Assembly (NCBI GenBank): GCA_030591445.1
Contig: JAUVBB010000003.1
Span: 1-53,412, forward strand
DNA length: 53,412 nucleotides
Origin: Deltaproteobacteria bacterium
GTDB taxonomy: Bacteria > Myxococcota > B64-G9
Direction of reading: 5' to 3'
How positions within the stretch are numbered: the first letter of the stretch is position 1; each line of letters starts with the position of its first letter. The notes beneath the pieces were generated by a model. That model worked only from the letters and a program-made list of their open reading frames with translations, was not told where the DNA came from and searched no databases. A program made the position numbers and the translations under genes. Below, piece by piece: positions 19,778-28,094 of the stretch.

Positions 19778-19924
19778 GTCATCCCCGAAAAGTTTCTGTC
19801 GGCACCCTCCGGGCACCGTACAATATAGGTGCCGTGCCATTTGGTACGGGGATCTCTTGAAAAACCCGCGAATACAGGATGTTAGAGAAACCTGGGTCCC
19901 CGACAAAAACGTCTCGGGGATGAC
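19778..19924. repeat. REP doublet, copy 2 (left arm interrupted by a 47-bp insert)
   Basis: GTCATCCCCGAAAAGTTTCTGTCGG[insert]GGATCT ... TGGGTCCCCGACAAAAACGTCTCGGGGATGAC; same family as 17640-17717. Confidence 0.8.
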
Positions 19925-19989
19925 GATTTCGCATTTATCGACAGTCTCAAAACAAGCAGGAATGAGCGAATTTCATGGTGAAGTTGGGG

Positions 19990-20541
19990 TCAGACGCGCT
20001 GGATGATCTCGTCGAGGGATTTGCGTTCTCTGGTTTTCGTGGAAATTCCGCGGTAGTGGTCGGGCAGATGGTCTTCTTCGGTACTGGGATAGCCAACGCC
20101 GATGATGACCAAAGGTTGATCGGATTCAGACAAATTGAACTGCCGGCGAACCTGGGTAGGATCGAAACCGGCCATGGGACGGGCTACCAGACCCATTTCG
20201 GTGGCGGCCAACATCAGGTTCATGGCTGACATGCCCAAGTCAAACTGATGATACTCACGCCCCGGTAGGAGGCAGTCGCTTCCTTTTTGGCTGTAGCCAA
20301 CTATCAACAAGGGTGCACGACTGGCCCACGATTTGTTGCCGCCGGCCAAAGTCTCCGCCCCTTTAATCCGCGAGGTCTCGGACTCCAGGAACAAATAGCG
20401 CCAAGGTTGGTTATTGAAACAAGAGGGAGTCAAACGGACCGACTCCATTAAAACCTTGATTTGATCGGCCTTTAGAGCTTCGCGTGAGATTGAGCGTGTG
20501 GCCAGGCGATTTTGCAATGTTTTTACGATTCGGTTTTCCAT
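19990..20541 (-). CDS. Nitroreductase family protein
   Basis: TPSCFNNQPWRY, FDLGMSAMNLMLAATEMGL..RPMAGFD, IGVGY, RERK; GGAGG SD. Confidence 0.9.
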   Translation of the reverse strand: MENRIVKTLQNRLATRSISREALKADQIKVLMESVRLTPSCFNNQPWRYLFLESETSRIKGAETLAGGNKSWASRAPLLIVGYSQKGSDCLLPGREYHQFDLGMSAMNLMLAATEMGLVARPMAGFDPTQVRRQFNLSESDQPLVIIGVGYPSTEEDHLPDHYRGISTKTRERKSLDEIIQRV

Positions 20542-20621
20542 TTCACACCTCCCCGTGAAAATTTGGGCCGATGTGGCGGAATGTCAACCATGCAGAGAGG
20601 ATGATTATGATTAAATCGCTC

Positions 20622-21722
20622 CTAGGGGCATTGCGCATAGGGCAATACCGGAAAGTCCAAACCGAGGTTTTCTGCTATTCCTCTGAATGTGAAGGTCTCG
20701 ATAATTTGGGTGGTATATTGGCCAGAGCTATCTGCCTCGATGAGCGCCTCCATGAGATCGCCGGTATCCTCAACGGAATGATTGTGTAGGGCCTGGAACA
20801 AGATCGGTTGAAAACTGCTTTCTCCAATTTGTGTTCGCAGCTCCCATAGCGCCGCACTTAGAATCAAACTAGAGCCGTGAGGCTCGGGGGCAGGCGAGTT
20901 CTGGGCTACGCACTGGGCAAGGGTTTGGGAGAGGCTGGAAAAAACCTGGTCTATGCCCTCCGCCTCCATGCGTTCGAGCAGAGAACGGCAATAATCACCT
21001 TTATAAATCAGATCATCGGGAGCAATCCGCGTATTGTCCAGGTTGCGATCGAAACCGGGCCATTGACTTGGCTCGATAACTGGGTCGCCGGTAAAGCTCG
21101 CGGCCAAATAGTCGGCCAGGGCTTCGTGTATCAGGCTATTGCCAATAGATCGATTCAAGGCAAAAACCGCATGGTGGCCAAACTCGTGGGCCATTACATC
21201 CACGTTCAGCAAGGAATGGCTCAGATCCCACATACCTTGTTCTAGCGAATAGCAAAGTTGCTTGCTCTCGATAACCGCTCGGTCGAATTTAAGGACCACT
21301 CGGTCGGCGCGCAGCAATTGTTGAACTCTCTCACTATCATCCAGATCCAAAACGTAGCCAGTCAACCAGTTGGCCATGTGAGTGATTACATAATACGACT
21401 GAACCTCGTTTAGGCGCGCATCGTCCAATCCATAGAGAAAGCGGTTGTCCTCGGCCCAGGCGCTTTCCCCCAAACTAGTGCTTACGGAATCGATGAAATA
21501 TCCGCGCAAAGAGCCGTCGCCTTGCAAGCAGGGAAGATCGCGCTCCTCCAGAGCTTCCGGATCTTGCCCCAACCAAACCTGACCGCGACCAGTAAAGTAA
21601 TTTGCCGGACAGAGCATGCTTTCCTGATCCTGCCAGACTTGCGGCTCATCTGTATTGCTGGACCCACAGGCAGAGACAATGGCCAAACAAGCAATCATGA
21701 ACCATGAAAATAATCCCATCAT
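20622..21722 (-). CDS. Lipoprotein zinc metallopeptidase, M4/M36 (thermolysin/fungalysin)-like
   Basis: VSAC lipobox; DVMAHEFGH, downstream HEALADY, RNLDN and EPH...SAALW. Confidence 0.7.
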   Translation of the reverse strand: MMGLFSWFMIACLAIVSACGSSNTDEPQVWQDQESMLCPANYFTGRGQVWLGQDPEALEERDLPCLQGDGSLRGYFIDSVSTSLGESAWAEDNRFLYGLDDARLNEVQSYYVITHMANWLTGYVLDLDDSERVQQLLRADRVVLKFDRAVIESKQLCYSLEQGMWDLSHSLLNVDVMAHEFGHHAVFALNRSIGNSLIHEALADYLAASFTGDPVIEPSQWPGFDRNLDNTRIAPDDLIYKGDYCRSLLERMEAEGIDQVFSSLSQTLAQCVAQNSPAPEPHGSSLILSAALWELRTQIGESSFQPILFQALHNHSVEDTGDLMEALIEADSSGQYTTQIIETFTFRGIAENLGLDFPVLPYAQCP

Positions 21723-21815
21723 AATGGAAAATTATACCACTGGGTGTGGTTATGGTCAACTTGGCTTCCGGAAAATCGATAAAGAGAGTAAGTAATTGAT
21801 ATTACTGGAGCGCAC

Positions 21816-21843
21816 TTGACAGTTTAGGAAAGGTGACTATAAT
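21816..21843 (+). promoter_or_regulatory. sigma70 promoter, perfect consensus
   Basis: TTGACA-16 bp-TATAAT. Confidence 0.8.
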
Positions 21844-21908
21844 CCGCGTCCAATCTTGGGGGATACGTAAACTCTTTCCCGTTGGTATGACCGCCGGAGG
21901 ATGACTGC

Positions 21909-22058
21909 ATGGTTCAAGTGAAAAGTTCAAAAGATGAAAACAACGACCGACGTCCGATTCGCAGCAAGACAACATCCAAAACTCCTGCCCGCGCCAAAAA
22001 AATGCCGACCAAAGCGGTTCTGAAGCAGATGGCCAAAGACTGGGCACACGTCACCTGA
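21909..22058 (+). CDS. Small basic protein, 49 aa (below the ORF-track cutoff)
   Basis: GGAGG SD at 21896-21900, ATG 21909; MVQVKSSKDENNDRRPIRSKTTSKTPARAKKMPTKAVLKQMAKDWAHVT*; consensus promoter upstream, hairpin downstream. Confidence 0.6.
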   Translation: MVQVKSSKDENNDRRPIRSKTTSKTPARAKKMPTKAVLKQMAKDWAHVT

Positions 22059-22069
22059 TACTAAGGGCT

Positions 22070-22091
22070 GGCGCGCCGTTTTCGGCGGGCC
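22070..22091. terminator. Possible terminator hairpin between convergent genes
   Basis: GGCGCGCCG-TTTT-CGGCGGGCC (one mismatch); no clear U-tract. Confidence 0.35.
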
Positions 22092-22120
22092 TAACATAAA
22101 TCAATAAAGTCCTGAGCCAT

Positions 22121-22951
22121 TTAGTGGATGTCGGATTCCTTCGGTTTTTCCGCCTCTTGGATCACTCTATCTTTTCCCTGCTCGATGAGATTCTGGAGTT
22201 GTCTCGTTCTACTGCTTTCTCGTTCTCTCTGGTAGTCCTTGAAAATGTGCCAGCCCACGAAAACGCCTAGGGCCAGTACCAGCACCAATAACAGCATGAT
22301 GATGTCTCGAATGGTGAAGGTTCGGGAGAAGCGGTGAGACACAACCTTGGTTGCGCTGGCCATCGGCGGGGGTGTTGATACCGTCTCTATTCGTGGTTCG
22401 GTCGTACGTTTTTTTCGTTTGGATGTCCAGTTGGTTCCGAAATCACTGATGTCCAGGGGATCCATGCCGGTAGATCCGCCGGTTTCAAGCTGTTTGGATC
22501 CGGGATCGGTCTCGGTTAGCGGAGCCGTGGGCAAACCGGGGCCGGTGGGATTGGTGCTGCTTGACGGTGCTTGCTCAATGGCGATATTGCTCTCGGACGA
22601 ATCGAACAGGGAATTCAAGTTGGGCCCTCGCGTTGTCTCGGAGAACGGTTTTCGCCGGGGCAAGGGGGGCGGGGGGAAACGATCGGGAGTCGCGGCTTTG
22701 GGTGTTGTTGGTACCCGGTTTTCGACAGTTTCGGGCGCGGAAAGATCGAGGACCACGTGCTCGGTTGGCATCTGCTGATCGTCGAAAGAGGGCAGATCAT
22801 TTTCCAGCGCCGCGCTCATGCTGGGTAAGTCGATTTCCTCGATGGGCGCGGTTTCAGTGGGCGCGGCCTCGGTGGGAATGTCGAGCTCCAAGGTGTCTGG
22901 GTCGATCCGCGATCCCTGTTTGTTCGATTTTTTCTTGGTCATCATGTTCAC
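22121..22951 (-). CDS. Hypothetical bitopic membrane protein with Pro/Thr/acidic disordered N-terminus
   Basis: Low-complexity N-terminus, single TM (IIMLLLVLVLALGVFVGW), short helical C-terminus. Confidence 0.7.
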   Translation of the reverse strand: MNMMTKKKSNKQGSRIDPDTLELDIPTEAAPTETAPIEEIDLPSMSAALENDLPSFDDQQMPTEHVVLDLSAPETVENRVPTTPKAATPDRFPPPPLPRRKPFSETTRGPNLNSLFDSSESNIAIEQAPSSSTNPTGPGLPTAPLTETDPGSKQLETGGSTGMDPLDISDFGTNWTSKRKKRTTEPRIETVSTPPPMASATKVVSHRFSRTFTIRDIIMLLLVLVLALGVFVGWHIFKDYQRERESSRTRQLQNLIEQGKDRVIQEAEKPKESDIH

Positions 22952-23078
22952 TCGTTAGCAAATGTTACTGTGAAAGGCCTTGCAAAGGCAAGATTTAGGG
23001 GAGGGACCGCTAGCCCCAGTGTTTGACACATTCTTAGCCAACAGATACCTTCTGGGCATCTCATATCGTGGAGAGAAT

Positions 23079-23672
23079 GTGGCTAATAAAAACAATGTGG
23101 AAATATGGTTGGTGCGGCACGGCCAGACCCATAGTAATCTTCAGGGCATCATCAGTGGCTGGGCCGATGTGCAATTGACTGACTTGGGCAGAGAGCAAGC
23201 ACAAATACTGCGTCCCTTTTTGTCGGAAAATCTTTTCGAGAGTGTCTGGTCTTCCGATCTGGTGCGGGCGATAGAGACGGCTCGCTTGGCATACGGAGAG
23301 CCGACCATCGACCAACGACTACGCGAAATTCATTTTGGCGAACTGGACGGAAAATCTTTCCATGATCTGAGCAAAGCGCAGCAGGACTCTTTGATTGCGT
23401 TTTTTGATTTCAAGGCCCCGAAAGGGGAAAGTCTTTTGGAATTGACCAACAGAGTGCATGAATTCTTCGACGGCTTGGCTCCCGGCCGGCATCTGGTGTT
23501 TACCCATGGTGGTGTGGTTCGCGCCGTAACCAGCAAGCTGGGGCCCGATCACTTTTTGCCCAATGGCTCAGTGGTTGGTCTGAATTGGTCAGACAAAAAG
23601 CTCTTGTTCATCCGCGAAAACGAAAAAAGCCAAGCCAGCCCGTTGGCCCTTGCCACCGGCGGGGAAAAGTGA
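23079..23672 (+). CDS. Histidine phosphatase (phosphoglycerate mutase family)
   Basis: LVRHGQT, SSDLVRAIETA, LREIHFG, FTHGG; GTG start after GGAGAG. Confidence 0.9.
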   Translation: MANKNNVEIWLVRHGQTHSNLQGIISGWADVQLTDLGREQAQILRPFLSENLFESVWSSDLVRAIETARLAYGEPTIDQRLREIHFGELDGKSFHDLSKAQQDSLIAFFDFKAPKGESLLELTNRVHEFFDGLAPGRHLVFTHGGVVRAVTSKLGPDHFLPNGSVVGLNWSDKKLLFIRENEKSQASPLALATGGEK

Positions 23673-23698
23673 GACCTTCCTAGACGATAGGGGGACCG

Positions 23699-24085
23699 TT
23701 GTCAGAAAACACAATCACTACTATTTTGTTTGTAGATGACGAAGAGGTCGTGGGCCAGGTGACCAAGATGATGCTGGCCTCGCTAGGATACGGGGTGCTG
23801 TTTGCCAGCAACGGTGTCGATGCCATCGAACTTTATCGAGAACACCAAGCGGAAATCAGTTTGGTGATTCTCGACATGGTCATGCCCGAGATGAGCGGTA
23901 TAAAATGTCTGCAAAAACTCAAGGAAATCAATTCTGGGGTCAGGGTTCTCTTCACTACCGGGTACATGCAAGAAAACCCGGTGAAAAAAACAGATGACGG
24001 GGCTTGCTATCAAATTCTCACCAAGCCGTTTAGTCGTGAACAACTAGCTGATGCAGTGGGCCATGTTTTGACCAAACCGTCATGA
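23699..24085 (+). CDS. Single-domain response regulator
   Basis: FVDDE, ILDMVMP, TTGY, TKPF. Confidence 0.9.
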   Translation: MSENTITTILFVDDEEVVGQVTKMMLASLGYGVLFASNGVDAIELYREHQAEISLVILDMVMPEMSGIKCLQKLKEINSGVRVLFTTGYMQENPVKKTDDGACYQILTKPFSREQLADAVGHVLTKPS

Positions 24086-24125
24086 TTTGACAGGCCGAGG
24101 GCAAGCGGCTACGGTTTAGCAATCA

Positions 24126-25154
24126 ATGGCAAACAAGGCCCGAAGCAGTAGTGAAGTTTGGGGCACGGCGAAGACATCATTGGCAGTGGTATTTCTTGCG
24201 CTGCTGTATTGGGTTGTCGAGTCCGTGGTCGATACCCTTGTCTTCTTTCCTGAACTGGGTTTGTTCGGCAACCTGTTACCGGGTAGCCACGAAGTTACCA
24301 TGCGCTTGATTGCGATATTCTTGTTGGTTGGTCTGCTGCTTTCCTACCAGTACGCGATCAAAGACCGTGATGAGGCCAAGAAGAAACTGCAGATACAACA
24401 GACGGCTGCCATCGCCTCGGACCGGCTCAAGTCTCTCGGAGAGATGGCCTCTGGAATTGCCCACGAGTTGAGTCAACCGCTGATGGGTATCAGGGGATTT
24501 GCCGAGCATGTCATGCTTGGCTTTGACCGCCAATGGGATATGAGCCAAGCCGACATTCGCAAGATGATGGTTCGAATCGTGGAACAAGCCGACCGCATGA
24601 ATCACATTGTCGATCACGTGCGTATGTTTTCCATGGAATCGAACCGGCTGGAAGTACGTCCGGTGCAAGTGAATGAAGTGATCACCATGAGTGTCGAGTT
24701 GATGGCCACTCATATGCGCCACCGGGGTATCGAATTGGAGTGTGTGCTGGCAGAAGACTTGCCCAAAGTGAGTGCCAACCCATTCTCTTTAGAGGAAGTC
24801 TTGATGAATCTGACCACCAATGCCCGCGACGCTTTCAGGAAAGAAGCGAGTTCGGACCAGGAAGTGGCCGGCAAGATCGTTTTGCGATCTTCTCTGCTTG
24901 ACGAAGGCGAGGAAACTTTTGTGAAAGTGGAAGTGGTCGACGACGGCATGGGAATTGCCGACGAGGTGATGCCTCGGATTTTCGATCCCTTCTTTACTAC
25001 CAAAGAACCAGGCAGTGGCGCTGGGCTCGGCCTGGCCGTGGCCCGGTCCATCATCGAGAAAATGGATGGAGAATTGACCGTTCAGTCCCAGGAAGGGGTC
25101 GGCACCACGACCGGTTTCAAATTACCGGTTCCGTCCGCGGCCGATACGGGATGA
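24126..25154 (+). CDS. Membrane sensor histidine kinase (NtrB/DctB-like)
   Basis: 2 TMs, GIAHELSQP, NLTTNARDA, DDGMGI, FDPFFTTK, GLGL. Confidence 0.92.
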   Translation: MANKARSSSEVWGTAKTSLAVVFLALLYWVVESVVDTLVFFPELGLFGNLLPGSHEVTMRLIAIFLLVGLLLSYQYAIKDRDEAKKKLQIQQTAAIASDRLKSLGEMASGIAHELSQPLMGIRGFAEHVMLGFDRQWDMSQADIRKMMVRIVEQADRMNHIVDHVRMFSMESNRLEVRPVQVNEVITMSVELMATHMRHRGIELECVLAEDLPKVSANPFSLEEVLMNLTTNARDAFRKEASSDQEVAGKIVLRSSLLDEGEETFVKVEVVDDGMGIADEVMPRIFDPFFTTKEPGSGAGLGLAVARSIIEKMDGELTVQSQEGVGTTTGFKLPVPSAADTG

Positions 25155-25160
25155 GCCAAG

Positions 25161-26540
25161 GTGACAATCATGGAAGAGAAACTGTGCATCCTGATAGTCG
25201 ACGACGAAGAGGTCCTGCGGGAAATGCTTGGCAACTATTTACGCCAGGCCGGGCACGAGATAGAAGAGGCGGACAACGGGCATGCCGCGCTTGAAAAGTT
25301 GCGTTCGGGTCAATACGATCTGGCCCTGGTGGACATTCGTATGCCCAAGATGAGCGGATTGACCCTGTTGGAAAAAATCAGTGAGATCCATCCGAATCTT
25401 CCCGTGGTGATTATCACCGGGCATGGCACCATGGACACCGCCATTTCGGCCCTGAAACTAGGGGCAGTGGATTTTCTGCTTAAACCGGTCAAGTTGCAGG
25501 AACTAGACGCGGTCTTGGCGAAAGTCGCCCATGTTTCTCAATTGCGAAAAGACAAAAGCAGATTAAAGCAGACCATCGGTTTTATCCAGAGCACGACCCA
25601 TCCCCGCGGCAACGAAGGTGAGCTAAAGGGTGTCGATCCGGCTACGCAAGAGATCAGGAAGCAGATACAACTAGCGGTCAAGGGTCAATGCGATACCATT
25701 TTGATTACGGGCGACACTGGTACCGGCAAAGATGTCGTGGCCCGTGAAATCCACGCTTTAGCCAGCACACCGAAAGATCCCTTCATCCCGGTCAGTTGTC
25801 CCGCCATTCCCGATTCCCTGGTGGAGAGCGAGTTGTTTGGCCACGTAATGGGCGCTTTTACCGGTGCCATGGAAGACCGGGCCGGATGCTTCGAGCTGGC
25901 TCATGGGGGCAGCTTGTTCCTGGACGAGATCGGAGATTTGTCCGCGGCCGCCCAGGCCAAGTTGCTGCGGGTGCTGGAGACGCGTATGGTACGCCCATTG
26001 GGCGCTGCCCGGGAAATACAGGTAAAACTTAGGGTTATCGCGGCCACCAATGTTTCGCTGGAGGATGCAGTAAGAAATCGCAAGTTTAGAGCAGACCTCT
26101 TGTATCGTCTCAACGTTTATGCCATTCACTTGCTCCCCTTGCGCGAGCGCCCCAAGGATATTCTCCCCCTGGCCGATCATTTCCTGTCATCCTATGCCCA
26201 GGCCCGCAATCTACAATTTGACGGCTTTTCTCCAGAAGCTCGCCAACGACTCGAAGAGATGGACTATGCCGGAAACGTGCGTGAGCTTCGCAACATGGTC
26301 GAGCGCGCCGCCATATTACGAAGCGAAGGCCGCATCGAGGCCGATGACCTGATTCAGATGGGCCGACGCACTAAGCCGGTCAGCAATAATGCCAACCCAG
26401 TCGATAAAAAAGACGCCGAGCGCAAGCGTATCTTGGATGCCCTGGAAAAAACAAAATGGAACCGCCGTGAAGCGGCCAAAACCCTGGGCATTCCGTATTC
26501 CACCCTCCGCTATCGTATAGAGAAATTGAACATCTCTTGA
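25161..26540 (+). CDS. sigma54-dependent response regulator (REC-AAA+-Fis HTH, NtrC family)
   Basis: VDDE...DIRMP; GDTGTGKD Walker A; ESELFGH..GAFTGA; FLDEIG; GNVREL; C-terminal HTH. Confidence 0.95.
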   Translation: MTIMEEKLCILIVDDEEVLREMLGNYLRQAGHEIEEADNGHAALEKLRSGQYDLALVDIRMPKMSGLTLLEKISEIHPNLPVVIITGHGTMDTAISALKLGAVDFLLKPVKLQELDAVLAKVAHVSQLRKDKSRLKQTIGFIQSTTHPRGNEGELKGVDPATQEIRKQIQLAVKGQCDTILITGDTGTGKDVVAREIHALASTPKDPFIPVSCPAIPDSLVESELFGHVMGAFTGAMEDRAGCFELAHGGSLFLDEIGDLSAAAQAKLLRVLETRMVRPLGAAREIQVKLRVIAATNVSLEDAVRNRKFRADLLYRLNVYAIHLLPLRERPKDILPLADHFLSSYAQARNLQFDGFSPEARQRLEEMDYAGNVRELRNMVERAAILRSEGRIEADDLIQMGRRTKPVSNNANPVDKKDAERKRILDALEKTKWNRREAAKTLGIPYSTLRYRIEKLNIS

Positions 26541-26646
26541 TGGCGAAAGCCTAATCATTCAATTCATTTTCAGTGATGAGATACACGCGACGCTTGTCGG
26601 TCTGCTATCTAATGTTAATCTTGGTAACTTTTGTTAGTAAGAATTG

Positions 26647-26666
26647 ACAAGAAGGGCTGTTCTTGT
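26647..26666. promoter_or_regulatory. Candidate bEBP upstream activator site
   Basis: ACAAGAA-N6-TTCTTGT inverted repeat, 75-95 bp upstream of the -24 box at 26742. Confidence 0.35.
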
Positions 26667-26741
26667 TTGCCGACAGGTCCCGGTCATAGAAAAACTACAA
26701 ACTTTAGGTAGGGTTACAAGGTTCGCTCCTGGGCGGTTTTG

Positions 26742-26757
26742 TGGCATGAGACTTGCT
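26742..26757 (+). promoter_or_regulatory. sigma54 (-24/-12) promoter
   Basis: TGGCAT-GAGAC-TTGCT, 42 bp before the ATG at 26800. Confidence 0.75.
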
Positions 26758-26799
26758 TCTAAGATGTGAATTGCTTGGTCGCAGGAGGAGAAAGGGTTC

Positions 26800-27189
26800 A
26801 TGCGCATCTGTCTCACAGATTACCAACCCTTGGTGCTGACCATGCTCGGTGATTTTCTCAGGGATTTGGGGCACGAGGTTTTTTGCGCCAATTCGGGAGA
26901 ACAAATGCTGCAAGCGCTTGACCAAAGTGAGAAGCCAATAGACTTGGTGATTGCTGATTTGGAAATGCCGGGTTGCTCGGGCAATAGTCTGGTGCGCAAG
27001 CTTCACGAATTGTTTCCCAAAATCCCTATTATTTTGATGACCGGGGCGGCTTTGAATCTTTCTCCGCAGGATGCCCTGGCGAGTGGTGTTCAGGCTTTTC
27101 TGCGTAAACCCATTTGGTTGAGTGAGCTGGAGCTATTGCTGGCACGGATATCCCACCGTGACGCCAATGGGAAAGTTGAATCCCACTGA
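26800..27189 (+). CDS. Single-domain response regulator
   Basis: IADLEMP, LMTG, LRKP; acidic pocket partly altered (TDY); AGGAGGAG SD. Confidence 0.88.
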   Translation: MRICLTDYQPLVLTMLGDFLRDLGHEVFCANSGEQMLQALDQSEKPIDLVIADLEMPGCSGNSLVRKLHELFPKIPIILMTGAALNLSPQDALASGVQAFLRKPIWLSELELLLARISHRDANGKVESH

Positions 27190-27226
27190 AAGAAGCGGCC
27201 GGCGATAGTACGCTCAGGAGGAAGAA

Positions 27227-28066
27227 ATGACGGAAAAACAGGTTCCGGAAAATGCATTGCGCATGCTTCAGGTTTTCGAAGAAGGCAAACGCTTTACGGA
27301 AGATCTGATGAAAGAGAACGAGAATCTGCGCCTGGTGGTGGCCAAGCTCAAGAATGAGAGCAAGGAACTGGAGAAAAAATACATCCAGGTGGATGTGCCA
27401 CGCATGCGCGAGAAGATGCGAATTTTGGAGGCGGAACTTCACGAATCGCGAGAAGAGAACGAAGAACTGCGGAACCAGTTTTCTTCGGTGGAGGAAGAGA
27501 ACCGGGAGTTTGCCGATCGCTACATCCAGGTGGAGCGGCAGAACTCTGATTTGATCAACATGTATGTGGCAACTTATCGCCTGCACTCCACCCTGGATTA
27601 TGACGAGGTTCTTCAGGTCGTGAAGGAAATCATCATCAACATGATCGGAACCGAATCCTTCGGCATATATTTGATTGATGAAAAAGAGAAGCGACTGGTC
27701 ATGATTGCCAACGAAGGCCTGGATGTCCAGAGCAATGAGTCGGTTCCACTGGCCGAGGGCTCGCTGGGCAAAGCGGCGCAGACCGGTCAAATTGTGTTGC
27801 GCGAGGACGTACATACCCAAAACGCAGACAGCGAGCCTATCGCTTGTGTGCCCTTGAAGGTAGGGGATCGAGTCATGGGCGTCATCGGTATCCAAAGTCT
27901 GCTGTTACAGAAGGATGGGTTTCAGGCACTGGACCACGAGTTGTTCGAAATGTTGGGTGGCCACGCTGCCACCGCGATTTACGGGGCCCGGCTTTACTCC
28001 GTTTCGGAAAGAAAGCGCAGTACCCTGGAGGGTTTTATCGACCTGATTAAATCGGACGGGAGTTAG
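27227..28066 (+). CDS. Coiled-coil + GAF domain protein
   Basis: Long heptad region (EENREFADRYIQVERQNSDLINMYVA) followed by GAF (ACVPLKVGDRVMGVI); AGGAGG SD. Confidence 0.85.
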   Translation: MTEKQVPENALRMLQVFEEGKRFTEDLMKENENLRLVVAKLKNESKELEKKYIQVDVPRMREKMRILEAELHESREENEELRNQFSSVEEENREFADRYIQVERQNSDLINMYVATYRLHSTLDYDEVLQVVKEIIINMIGTESFGIYLIDEKEKRLVMIANEGLDVQSNESVPLAEGSLGKAAQTGQIVLREDVHTQNADSEPIACVPLKVGDRVMGVIGIQSLLLQKDGFQALDHELFEMLGGHAATAIYGARLYSVSERKRSTLEGFIDLIKSDGS

Positions 28067-28094
28067 TACCCGATAAAGATTTGGGAGGAGAGAC

